Shown: positions 39,726 to 49,167 of the stretch, one piece after another
Layout: every line of letters begins with the position of its first letter
Position numbering within the stretch: position 1 is the stretch's first letter
From: Hyphomicrobiaceae bacterium
GTDB lineage: Bacteria; Pseudomonadota; Alphaproteobacteria; Rhizobiales; Hyphomicrobiaceae
Assembly (NCBI GenBank): GCA_031403055.1
Contig: JANNSW010000155.1
Span: 1-52,197 of the forward strand
DNA length: 52,197 nt
Direction of reading: 5' to 3'
Program-made: the position numbers and the translations under genes
Notes under the pieces: model-generated
Database searches by the model: none
Told to the model about the DNA's origin: nothing
Seen by the model: the letters and a program-made list of their open reading frames with translations, nothing else

Positions 39726-41671
39726 ACACCCACCAGCGTCGCCCGGTTCGGGCGGTCCTTGCCGATCACCTCGGCTTCCTCCTCGAGGGCGTGGGCGAGA
39801 CGCTCGCGGGCCTGCTCGGCCTCGCGCTGGCGTGTCCACATGCTGGCGTAAAGCCCGTTCCGCTCCATCAGCTCGCCATGGGTGCCCTGCTCCGAGATCT
39901 CGCCCTTGTCGAGCACGATGATGTTGTCGGCGTGCACGATCGTGGACAGGCGATGGGCGATCACGAGCGTCGTGCGGTTGCGGGCGACCCGGTCGAGCTC
40001 GTCCTGGATCTCCTTCTCGGTGTGGCTGTCGAGCGCGCTCGTCGCCTCGTCCAGGATGAGGATGGGCGGGCCCTTCAGGATGGTGCGGGCGATGGCGACG
40101 CGCTGCTTCTCGCCCCCTGAGAGTTTCAGGCCGCGCTCGCCGACCATGGTCTCGTAGCCCTCGGGCGTCGAGAGGATGAAATCGTGGATCTGGGCCTGGC
40201 GTGCGGCCTCCTTCACCTCCTCGTCGGAAGCATCGGGCTTGCCGTACTTGATGTTGTAGAAAATGGTGTCGTTGAAGAGAACGGTATCCTGCGGCACCAC
40301 GCCGATCGCGGCTCTGAGGCTCGCCTGCGTCACGTCGCGGATATCCTCCCCATCGATCAGCACGCGGCCTGCGGCCACGTCGTAGAAGCGAAAGAGGATC
40401 CGGCTGACCGTCGACTTGCCCGCGCCCGACGGCCCCACGATCGCGACCATCTTGCCGGCTGGCACCTCGAAGGAGAGGTTCTTCAGGATCGGCCTCGCCG
40501 CGTCGTAGTGGAAACCCACATTCTCGAACCGGATCTGCCCTTCCTTCACCGACAGCGTCGTCGCGCCGGGTTTGTCGGCGATTTCGGGGCCTTGGCCGAG
40601 GAGGGCGAACATGCTCTCCAGGTCGACGAGGCCCTGCTTGATCTCGCGGTAGACCATCCCCATGAAGTTCAGCGGGATGTAGAGCTGGATCAGCATGGCG
40701 TTGATCATCACGAAATCGCCGACGGTCTGGGTGCCGCGCACGATCCCCTGCGCCGAGAGCAGCATGCAGAGCGTGAGGCCAATCGTAAAGATCAGGGCCT
40801 GGCCGGTGTTGAGGAAGCCGAGCGAGTAATAAGTGCGGATGACGGCGTTCTCGTAACGGGCGGCGGAGGAATCATAGCGGCGAGCCTCCATCTCCTCGTT
40901 GCTGAAATACTTGACCGTCTCATAGTTCAGGAGACTGTCGATTGCCTTGCCGTTGGCGTCGCGGTCGCTCTCGTTCATCTCGCGCCTGATGCCGATGCGC
41001 CATTCGCTCGCCTTCACCGTGAACCAGAGATAGGCGGCAACCGTCGCGATCACGATCAGCACGAATTCGAAACCGAAATACCAGATGAGCATCCCGCAAA
41101 TGAGGACGAGCTCGAGCGCGGTCGGCACCGATTGCATGATGCCCATGCGGATGATGGTGTCGATCGCCTCGGTGCCGCGCTCGATCACGCGGCTGAGCGA
41201 GCCCGTCCGCCGCTCCAGGTGAAAACGCAAGGAGAGCCGGTGGAGGTGGCGGAAGGTCCGGTTGGTCAATGCTCGCACCGCGTGCGCCGCGACCGCCGTG
41301 AACAGCACGTCGCGCACCTGGGCAAGCAGCATCATCATGACGCGCCCGCCGCCATAGGCGATGACGAGCATCGCCGGCACGACCGCGAGCATCGCCCCGG
41401 TTGCGATCTCGCGCCCCGACCCTGCGCTGTTGGCGGTCAGCCAGTCGATCGCTTCCTTGTAGAAGACCGGTACCAGCACGGTGACGATCTTGGCGACCAC
41501 CAGAGCCACCGCAGCGACCACCACCCTGAGCCGTAGATCCGGCCGGCCTTCCGGCCAGATGTAGGGCAGCAAGTCCCGCAGCACGGTCCAATGGTCGGCG
41601 TCGCTAGCGGGGATGGCCGGTATGGCCTTGACGGCGGGAGCCGCCGCACGGGAGCTGTCGGCAACGCTCAT
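39722..41671 (-). CDS. Atm1/HMT1-like ABC exporter (fused permease-ATPase)
   Basis: 649 aa. Six-TM domain, Walker A GPSGAGKST, signature LSGGEKQRVAIAR, Walker B ILILDEATSALD, H-loop IAHRL. Confidence 0.9.
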   Translation of the reverse strand: MSVADSSRAAAPAVKAIPAIPASDADHWTVLRDLLPYIWPEGRPDLRLRVVVAAVALVVAKIVTVLVPVFYKEAIDWLTANSAGSGREIATGAMLAVVPAMLVIAYGGGRVMMMLLAQVRDVLFTAVAAHAVRALTNRTFRHLHRLSLRFHLERRTGSLSRVIERGTEAIDTIIRMGIMQSVPTALELVLICGMLIWYFGFEFVLIVIATVAAYLWFTVKASEWRIGIRREMNESDRDANGKAIDSLLNYETVKYFSNEEMEARRYDSSAARYENAVIRTYYSLGFLNTGQALIFTIGLTLCMLLSAQGIVRGTQTVGDFVMINAMLIQLYIPLNFMGMVYREIKQGLVDLESMFALLGQGPEIADKPGATTLSVKEGQIRFENVGFHYDAARPILKNLSFEVPAGKMVAIVGPSGAGKSTVSRILFRFYDVAAGRVLIDGEDIRDVTQASLRAAIGVVPQDTVLFNDTIFYNIKYGKPDASDEEVKEAARQAQIHDFILSTPEGYETMVGERGLKLSGGEKQRVAIARTILKGPPILILDEATSALDSHTEKEIQDELDRVARNRTTLVIAHRLSTIVHADNIIVLDKGEISEQGTHGELMERNGLYASMWTRQREAEQARERLAHALEEEAEVIGKDRPNRATLVGV

Positions 41672-41778
41672 GATCGGGTGTCCTGCTCGGCCGGAAGCCG
41701 GGGTCTGTACTTCCGGCGCTGCTCGTTGGCCCGAATACTTAGCCGCTCGGGGGGACCTTGTCCCGCGCTAATCGGGTT

Positions 41779-44265
41779 TCAGGTCGAGGGCAGCCGCAGC
41801 CGCTGGCCCCGCCGGATCAGGTTGGGATTGCGCAACGATCGGGGATTGAGCGCGACGATCTCGCGGTAGCGGGCGCCACGGCCCAGCGAGGTTCGCGCGA
41901 TCGACCACAGCGTGTCGCCGCGGCGCACGCGATACCACCGGCTGGAGCGGTGTCGTCCCGGCAGGCTCACGCCGCCGGAAAAGCTCTGTTGCAGCAGAAC
42001 GCGCTCCACCGAGCTGCCACGGACGACATTGACCTGCTTGGTGCGGTGGCGCGTAGCCAAGGCCAGCCGCTGCTGGCGCCCCGGCCCATGCGCAAGCCGA
42101 ACCTTTCGCTTGCCCGACCTTGCAGCGTGGCGCTTGCCAGCCTTGCGCACAGTCGCCTGGTGGGGCCGGTGAACCTGATCGGCGCGGGCATGCCGCCGCT
42201 TGCTGCGGGGCTTGGAGACTGGTGGCGGGCTTGCCGTCTCGTCGCCGGCGCTCGCCTCGGTTGCGGCTGGTGCGTTTGCTGGCGCTTGCTCAGCGGTCGC
42301 TGCTGCCGATGTCGCGGCCGGCTGTGGGGGTTGGGGATCCGTCGTCGCCGCGACGAGCTTGTCCTTCTCGCTCGGACTGCGGTCGAACGCGAGGGAAACG
42401 GTCTCGGTCACGTCGCCTGCGGCATTGGAGCTTTCCACGCTGACCTTGTGCCGGCCGGGCCGCAGCAGATGCTCACGCTCGAACCGATAGCGGCCGTCGG
42501 CTCCGGCCTGGGTGATGCCGATATCATCGCCATCGGTCAATACGCGAACCTCGGAGCCGGATGCGGCGCGGCCCTCCACGGTCACGCGGCCGCTGCGCTG
42601 CGACATCGGCTCATAGCGGATCGCGCCGATCGTGAGCTTGCCCGAGGGCGCTTCGACGAGCGTTGGCTCGGCGCTGGCCGCGGGCGCCTCTGGCGCTGGC
42701 GAGCCCTCGACCGATGCCACCTCGGCAGGCGTCGTCGTCAAGGGTGGCGGCGGCAGGTCGCCGGCTTGAGGTTGGCGCAAGAAGGTCATCGCGGATTTCA
42801 GCTTCGCGCTGCCATCGGCCTCGATGACAACGGCTTCGGCCCGGTGCTCACCAACGGGGAGCCATTGGTCCCAGCGATGCAGGAACCGGCCGTTCTGGGC
42901 AGCGATGGCTTCGCCGGCGGGCTCGGCGTCGATGCGGAATTGGACCTTGCTGCCGATGGGCGCACGCCCCGACAGGGTAACGCGACCTTTGTCGGGTGCA
43001 AGAGCGGTGTAGGTTGCAGCCGAAAAGGCGAGCGGATCTGGGATCGTCGACACGGCCGGATCATCGCTCGGGTTTTCGCCCGTGCCGAACCACTGCGAGA
43101 CCGTTTCCGAGACGCTCGCCGCCATCTCGCTCGCCTTGTCCACGAGCCCTTGCGTCACCTCCGGCTCGCTGGCGGGTGGAGTGCCTTGGCTGCCATCGGC
43201 GGTCTGTGCCACTTGCTGCTCGCCGCTCGCAGACCCGGCTCCCGCTGATGCCGGCTCGGGAGCATCGGGCGGCACGACGAATTCGATCATCGACCTGACC
43301 GTGACGGGCGACGCGCCTCCGAGCCGCTCTACGATTTCCAGACTGGTGGGGCCAGCAGGCAGTGCATTGGGTAGTTGCAACCTCCAGTCGCCGGCCGGAT
43401 CCGCCTCGGCCTCACCGAGCGCCGTACCGGCAGCCGTCACCGTCACGCGGGAGCCAGGCCGGGCGGTTCCGACCAGCACGCGTGGTCCAGCCGCCGCCGA
43501 CTTGGCGGGATCGAGCCTGGGGATCGTCGCGGCCAGGAGCTTGGACTGGGCCGTGCTCGACCAATCAGAGCTCATTGCCGGGTCGGCGCTAGCGGCGGCG
43601 CGCGCTGCCGACAGCAGATCATCAGGGGCGGGCTCACTGTCGATTGGTCCATCCATTCGATGCGTGATCGGGGAATCGGCCTCAGCAGGCTGCAGGGCGA
43701 CTCCATCGATTTCCGCGGGCGAGGCGACTACATCTTGTGCAACCTGCTGCCCGGAGGAGGCTGCGGCGGGCTCTTGGGGCGCTACGGCATCGGCAATGGC
43801 CGGTGACACGGCCGGCGCTGCCGTGGGCTCGACGGCTGTTGCGGCAGCTTGCGCTGCTGCGTTGACGGCACCGGCTACAGGCGTTGTGGTGGGTGGGGAA
43901 GCTTCCGTGCTACCGGGTTCACTTGGGGCGGGCGCCACCAGTGGCTCGAGATTGGGCAAGGTCGGTGGATAATCCGTCGCGGGCAGGGCTGCGCTGGCGA
44001 CCGCAACGGTGATGCCGGCCTCGGGGGCATTGGGGGTCGCTATGCCGGCCGCTGTCGAGGGCCCGGCATTCACGCCCATCACCCGCTCGATGCCCAGGCG
44101 CAGATCGATGGGCAGCTGCGGCGCTACCCTGTCCCAGTTCTCGGCGGCAAGACCCGCCGCAGTGGTCCCGGTGAGAAATGCGAGCAGCGCCGCAATCTGG
44201 CCGCGCGACGCGGATCGGGGTCGCATTTCGGCTTGTCCGCCGGAAAGTGGTTTGTTGGAGTTCAT
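41779..44265 (-). CDS. Large Ala/Pro-rich envelope protein with three Ig-like repeats and a C-terminal LysM domain
   Basis: 828 aa. N-terminal anchor IAALLAFLTGTTAAGLAA. Three repeats of the type G(R)VTV.G.A..GS.V...G...G.W/F/Y...L..G.H. C-terminal YRVRRGDTLWSIARTSLGRGARYREIVALNP..NPNLIRRGQRLRLP. Confidence 0.75.
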   Translation of the reverse strand: MNSNKPLSGGQAEMRPRSASRGQIAALLAFLTGTTAAGLAAENWDRVAPQLPIDLRLGIERVMGVNAGPSTAAGIATPNAPEAGITVAVASAALPATDYPPTLPNLEPLVAPAPSEPGSTEASPPTTTPVAGAVNAAAQAAATAVEPTAAPAVSPAIADAVAPQEPAAASSGQQVAQDVVASPAEIDGVALQPAEADSPITHRMDGPIDSEPAPDDLLSAARAAASADPAMSSDWSSTAQSKLLAATIPRLDPAKSAAAGPRVLVGTARPGSRVTVTAAGTALGEAEADPAGDWRLQLPNALPAGPTSLEIVERLGGASPVTVRSMIEFVVPPDAPEPASAGAGSASGEQQVAQTADGSQGTPPASEPEVTQGLVDKASEMAASVSETVSQWFGTGENPSDDPAVSTIPDPLAFSAATYTALAPDKGRVTLSGRAPIGSKVQFRIDAEPAGEAIAAQNGRFLHRWDQWLPVGEHRAEAVVIEADGSAKLKSAMTFLRQPQAGDLPPPPLTTTPAEVASVEGSPAPEAPAASAEPTLVEAPSGKLTIGAIRYEPMSQRSGRVTVEGRAASGSEVRVLTDGDDIGITQAGADGRYRFEREHLLRPGRHKVSVESSNAAGDVTETVSLAFDRSPSEKDKLVAATTDPQPPQPAATSAAATAEQAPANAPAATEASAGDETASPPPVSKPRSKRRHARADQVHRPHQATVRKAGKRHAARSGKRKVRLAHGPGRQQRLALATRHRTKQVNVVRGSSVERVLLQQSFSGGVSLPGRHRSSRWYRVRRGDTLWSIARTSLGRGARYREIVALNPRSLRNPNLIRRGQRLRLPST

Positions 44266-44491
44266 TTTCTTTCAAGCCATTGCTGTGCAGGCTTCAGACG
44301 TGGACAGAGTTCGCTGCCACCTATACACGGTTCCGCCCATTGGCCAATCCCCGCCACGATTTGAAGGTCAACTCGCTTCGCTTGCGCCCCCGACTCGGTG
44401 CCTGCAACGGCACGGTTTCCGCTCAGGGCCCAAGTACGCTAGGCTGGCCACTCTCCCGGACAGCGCAAGGCGCTTGGAACATGGACATGCA

Positions 44492-45163
44492 ATGAAGAAA
44501 TCCAAACTGCCGATGCCCAACGGCCACCTGTCGCAAGCCCCTGCCGCGGTCCCGCCCCTGGGTCTGGACCTGCGCAGCATCTGCGTCTTCTGCGGCTCCG
44601 GCAAAGGCGTGAACCCGGCCTACGCGACCGCGGCGCGGGCGCTGGGCAAGCATCTCGCCAAGGAAGGCGTTGGCCTGGTCTATGGCGGGGGCAGCCTCGG
44701 CTTGATGGGAGAGATCGCCAAATCCGTGCTGAAGCATGGCGGTCAGGTGACGGGGATCATCCCAGCCTTTCTCACCGAGCGCGAGCAGATGCTGAAGGAC
44801 GCCCAGGAGCTGATCGTCACCAAGGACATGCACGAGCGCAAGCGCCTGATGTTCGAGCGATCGGACGCGTTCGTCGCGCTGCCGGGCGGTATCGGCACGC
44901 TGGAGGAGCTGGTCGAGCAGCTCACCTGGTCCCAGCTCGGTCGGCACCGGAAGCCGATCATCCTCGTCAGCATCGATGGGTTCTGGGATCCGCTGTTGAC
45001 GCTGCTCGATCACATGCGCACCGATGCCTTCATCCGGGCCGAGCTGGAGGTGCGTTTTCATGTGACGGCCAAGCCCTCGGATGTGGTGGGTCTCGCCCGC
45101 AAGCATGTGTCGGCGGCGGTGGTGGACACTGCTGCCGCAGAGGTCATCACGTCACGGTTCTGA
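44492..45163 (+). CDS. LOG-family (TIGR00730) cytokinin riboside 5'-monophosphate phosphoribohydrolase-like protein
   Basis: ICVFCGSG..., GLVYGGGSLGLMG, PGGIGTLEEL. Start at internal ATG 44492 of track ORF 44009..45163. Confidence 0.85.
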   Translation: MKKSKLPMPNGHLSQAPAAVPPLGLDLRSICVFCGSGKGVNPAYATAARALGKHLAKEGVGLVYGGGSLGLMGEIAKSVLKHGGQVTGIIPAFLTEREQMLKDAQELIVTKDMHERKRLMFERSDAFVALPGGIGTLEELVEQLTWSQLGRHRKPIILVSIDGFWDPLLTLLDHMRTDAFIRAELEVRFHVTAKPSDVVGLARKHVSAAVVDTAAAEVITSRF

Positions 45164-45643
45164 GGCGCCGACTCCAGGGGCGAGTGCGGCTGCCTCCACC
45201 CGGTCGCCCGGCTTGAGTCTCAGCCGCCGGACGGCGCCTGCTTTCAACTCGAGCACGGCTGCAATCGTCCCACCGGAGCTGATCAAAGCCTCCGACAGCG
45301 GCTCCGTCGCCTCTGCAATCCGTGTGATCGTCCCGTCTGGCGCAATGAACACCATATCGAGCGATACAGTGGTGTTGCGCATCCACATGCTCACGCTTTG
45401 TGCGGGCTGGTAGACGAACAGCATCCCCTCGTTGTCGCCGATGCTGTGGCGAAACATCAGGCCAAGCGCCCGCGTTGCGTCGTTCTCGGCGATCTCGGCA
45501 TCGATGCTGTGGCGAGCTGGCCCCGAGACCAGAGTGATCGCCTCACGGCGCATGGCCGCCCCCTCGCCATGGGCGGATGCTAGGCTCCACGCCAAGGCCG
45601 CAACGCAAAGAAGGGCCGCCGGGGCGGCCCCTCCTCGTGTCAT
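45152..45643 (-). CDS. DUF192 domain protein with signal peptide
   Basis: Start at internal ATG 45643: MTRGGAAPAALLCVAALAWSLASAHG; core RALGLMFR....DNEGMLFVY......MWMRNT.VSLDMVF. 12-nt convergent overlap with the LOG gene. Confidence 0.75.
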   Translation of the reverse strand: MTRGGAAPAALLCVAALAWSLASAHGEGAAMRREAITLVSGPARHSIDAEIAENDATRALGLMFRHSIGDNEGMLFVYQPAQSVSMWMRNTTVSLDMVFIAPDGTITRIAEATEPLSEALISSGGTIAAVLELKAGAVRRLRLKPGDRVEAAALAPGVGASEP

Positions 45644-45677
45644 CGAACCGGAGCAGACGCCAAGCGTCCGCCCACGC

Positions 45678-46301
45678 TCAGTTGTGTTGAGCAAACCGCG
45701 GCGGTGCGCCCTCGGGGCGAATCTCCGCGGCCATGAGGCCGTTGGGTCCCTGGCCATAGCGCACCATCACATATTGTCCCGGTCGCAGCTCGGTGAAACC
45801 GAACCGCCGGATCGTCTCCATATGAACGAATATGTCGGGCGTTCCATCGCCGCGAGTCAAGAACCCAAACCCGCGCAGCCGGTTGAACCATTTCACCATG
45901 GCTCGCTCGTACTCGCTCTCGGGCTCGACCGTCACATGCGTGCGCTGCGGCAGCTGTGAGGGATGGACGGCAGTGCGCTCGTCCATTTCGAGGATCCGGA
46001 AGGCCTGCAGGCCCTTCGGGCGTCTCAGCACCTGGCACACGACGCGTGCGCCTTCGTAGGCGGTTTGATGGCCCCCTGCCCTGAGGCAGGTCACGTGCAG
46101 GAGGATGTCCTCGCCGCCCTCATCCGGGACGATGAAGCCATAACCCTTGGAAGCGTCGAACCATTTGATCGCACCAACCACTTCCTTGACGTCGACCGCG
46201 GCGGTCCCGTCGTCGAGGTCGGTGAGACCCATTCCGATGTTAGGATTGACAGTCGCATTCATATTGGGATGGTCTGACATGTCTGGCGGAAACTTCGCCA
46301 T
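45678..46301 (-). CDS. Cold-shock-domain protein with two tandem CSDs
   Basis: [28 protein letters not shown] and [27 protein letters not shown]. Start candidates 46316 (GTG), 46301, 46280. Confidence 0.85.
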   Translation of the reverse strand: MAKFPPDMSDHPNMNATVNPNIGMGLTDLDDGTAAVDVKEVVGAIKWFDASKGYGFIVPDEGGEDILLHVTCLRAGGHQTAYEGARVVCQVLRRPKGLQAFRILEMDERTAVHPSQLPQRTHVTVEPESEYERAMVKWFNRLRGFGFLTRGDGTPDIFVHMETIRRFGFTELRPGQYVMVRYGQGPNGLMAAEIRPEGAPPRFAQHN

Positions 46302-46916
46302 GCATTTATCCCCCACATTACCGTTTCAACTCGATCCCGGCTCGGCCAGTTTTGCCCTCTGACCTTGCCTAAAGACGGCCACGTCACCCCACGTGGCGCG
46401 CCAAGCATACCGATTGTTAACCAGTCTGCCAGCGCTTTTGACATGATCGCGCCGCCCGGATCGGCCGACACCCCTCCGCTCCGTCCGGGCACGCCCTGTA
46501 ATCTATTGAAAGATCTCAGGATTTCCGGGCGGAAAACTCGCGAACAAACCTGTTCGAGAGCCGGCTTCAAGGCGCCTTGCGGGCCGGAACATGACGATCA
46601 TGTGGCAGGCTTGCAAGCCTCCTAAGGCAGGATTTGAGCGAATCACCCCCGCTTCCCGGATGGCTTGCGGCCGCGTCCACAAAACCCCTCGCCGGTAGCA
46701 TTCTACCCCGTCGGAGTGCCCTCGCTCGCGTGCCTCAACGAAGTCAAGCGTGAACAGTTCGCGACAGGTCGCCGACCTGCCCGAACGGTTTTCCACTGGC
46801 TTGAGTGCAGTGCAGCATGCGCCCACGGACGGATACCCGCGATTGCACAAATCCCCCATCGCTGCTAATCGGAGGTTGCAGCCCGCGCGACGGGCAAGGA
46901 ACGGTCCGGAGGCCGC

Positions 46917-47357
46917 ATGCGCTATCTGCACACCATGGTGAGAGTGCGCGATATCGAGCAGTCGCTCGCATTCTACTGCCAAGGGCTCGGCATGCGCGAG
47001 GTGCGGCGCAACGAGTATCCAGACGGCAAGTTCACGCTGGTCTTCCTCGCCGCCCCCGGCGACCAGGCGCGCGCGGCGGATCAATCCGCGCCGCTGCTGG
47101 AGTTGACCTACAATTGGGCGCCGGAGGACTATGCCGGCGGGCGTAGCTTCGGCCACCTCGCCTTCGAGGTCGACGACATCTACGCCCTGTGCGACCGCCT
47201 GCTGCGTGCCGGCATCACCATCAATCGGCCGCCGCGTGACGGCCGCATGGCATTCGTGCGCTCGCCCGACAACATCTCGGTTGAGCTGCTGCAGAAGGGT
47301 GCGGCCAAGCCCAGGCAGGAGCCCTGGGCGTCGATGGCCAACACCGGGGTGTGGTAG
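46917..47357 (+). CDS. gloA: Lactoylglutathione lyase (glyoxalase I)
   Basis: [31 protein letters not shown]...FTLVFL...LELTYNW...[11 protein letters not shown]...[15 protein letters not shown]; GGAGG upstream. Confidence 0.9.
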   Translation: MRYLHTMVRVRDIEQSLAFYCQGLGMREVRRNEYPDGKFTLVFLAAPGDQARAADQSAPLLELTYNWAPEDYAGGRSFGHLAFEVDDIYALCDRLLRAGITINRPPRDGRMAFVRSPDNISVELLQKGAAKPRQEPWASMANTGVW

Positions 47358-47596
47358 CCAGTGGAGGGCCAGTGGGAGCTTGGCGCGGGCCCCTGCTGGG
47401 GCGTTTGGCAGAAATCTGTTGCGGCGCACCGAAAACAGTTCACATTCGCGACGGAGCTGCTATAAGAGGCCTCCGGTTGCCCGTGAGCACGCTCTGATTG
47501 AGCTTGGCTCGGGCGCCGTGATCGAGTTCTCTGGCGCACCGGGCGATCCCTGCCGCAAGTTCCGGCGGATCGACAGTGGTCGGAGAGCGAAGGTGA

Positions 47597-47673
<77 letters not shown>

Positions 47674-47708
47674 CTTCTTACTTATTGAAATTATTGATTT
47701 TTCTTCCT

Positions 47709-47740
47709 GGGCCGTGACGGCCCTTCTTCCTCGATTTTCA
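47709..47740 (+). terminator. Hairpin GGGCCGTGACGGCCC followed by a T-rich tract, downstream of the tRNA
   Basis: 6-bp GC stem with 3-nt loop at 47709-47723, then CTTCTTCCTCGATTTT. Flanked on both sides by TTCTTCC. Confidence 0.35.
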
Positions 47741-48128
47741 CGAATCGTGGACCAACCGTGGACCAGATCTGCGTGCGCTTGGCCCTCGGCGGTGGACCCG
47801 CACGCCCCTGTGGCCAATGTGCCCTTCGGCCAGCGAACCGCGCCCGCGCTTTTCGGAGGCCCTTGACAGGTCGCTGACGGCTGACACGGCCTCGTGGGTC
47901 GACACACGATCCGAACTCTCAAAGCTGGCGGTCTGGTTGCTGCAGCCGTTCTACCCGAGAGTGCAAGTCTCGCGGGCCAGTGGTCCGCTCACCCCCAACG
48001 ACCTGCCGGATTGCTGCGCCGCAACAGATCTCAGCCTTGGGCCATGAAGAGACACTCGGGAAGTCCTCGCGGGCGCGAAATAGACGATGATGGGGACGGC
48101 AGGCGTGGACAACTCGTTCGCGGTCGCT

Positions 48129-48779
48129 CTACTCGCCTCCCCCGTTGTCCTGGAGGATGTTGCCATTTTCGTCCATGTAGTAGCCATCGAGCGGTTGACC
48201 GTTGGCGTCGAGCAGCGAGGGATCGGAGACCTGCACGCAGCGGCTCCCGTTCCACGCCTTGCCCGAGGGGCAGGTGATGCGCCCGGGCGGGGTGGTGAGC
48301 CCGGCTCCGTCGCCCGAGCTGTCCTCGCCTTCGGGGGCCGCGTCCGAGTGGCCATCGCTGCCGATCAGTGTGAACACGAGGCGGGCGTTGCTGCCCGAGC
48401 TCACGTAGCCCGTCACCCGGCAACCGCCGCTGACGCGCACAGGAGCGTCCCCGTTGAGGATGAGGCGATCTTGTCCGGAGCCGGACCGGTATGCGCCGCT
48501 GGCGTCATAAGGGGCGGGCTCGCAGCCCTGGCGAAACACATAGGCGGTCCCGCTGAGACGCCCCGACCCCACCAGCATTCCCTCGAAGAGCACGGTGCCG
48601 CGACGCACGCCCTGCTTGCGGATGCTGGTCCGCGGCTCATCGTAGGTGATCGTGACCGAGTCGCCATCCTCGCGCATGACCATGACCGAGCCGTTATGGT
48701 CCCAGGTGGTGTCGGCAAACGCCTGCACTGGCCAGACGGCGAGAGCGACGAGGAATGCCATGAGAAGGCGGTAGCGCAT
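48129..48779 (-). CDS. Secreted hypothetical protein (216 aa)
   Basis: Signal peptide MRYRLLMAFLVALAVWPVQAFA. Beta-rich domain containing two cysteines; Gly/Ser/Asp linker; two further cysteines in the C-terminal segment (CPSGKAWNGSRC). Native-like GC (one line counted at 67%). Confidence 0.6.
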   Translation of the reverse strand: MRYRLLMAFLVALAVWPVQAFADTTWDHNGSVMVMREDGDSVTITYDEPRTSIRKQGVRRGTVLFEGMLVGSGRLSGTAYVFRQGCEPAPYDASGAYRSGSGQDRLILNGDAPVRVSGGCRVTGYVSSGSNARLVFTLIGSDGHSDAAPEGEDSSGDGAGLTTPPGRITCPSGKAWNGSRCVQVSDPSLLDANGQPLDGYYMDENGNILQDNGGGE

Positions 48780-49167
48780 AGGGAACCTCCTGGGCGGCGC
48801 CTTGCGATCGACTCAGGCGCCCGTGAACTTCAGCTCTTGCGCCTACACGAGAGCGGCCCTGCCTTCTTTCTGGTCGGCGGTTGCGAACATTGCATGATAT
48901 TGCCTCCGCGCGACGTGGAGGCCTCCCCGGAGCGTCGTCTCGTAGGGCGCATCTTCGCTGGTCTCCAGACACCCAGCGCACCCATCCGTTTCCCTCGGAA
49001 GCGTGCAGATCGCGGCTTCGACCGACCGAATGGCAGCTTAGCCCTCAGCTTCAGGCCTACGCAAGCGGGAGACCGCTCGTCGGTTCGGGCCCAAAAGGGA
49101 CCTCCTTACCCAAGAATGCCGCGACTACGGATTGTCAATGAGCAACGCGGCTTCGCTGTTCGCCGCG

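Noticed and set aside
39059-39839. Treating 39420..39839 and 39059..39496 as two independent genes
   Set aside because: The first ORF's 5' end lies inside the ABC exporter gene and its 3' end is non-homologous read-through. The two conserved halves join into one DarT-length protein after a 1-nt correction.
40184-43248. Plus-strand ORFs 40184..41536 and 41758..43248
   Set aside because: Antisense shadows of the ABC exporter and the LysM protein.
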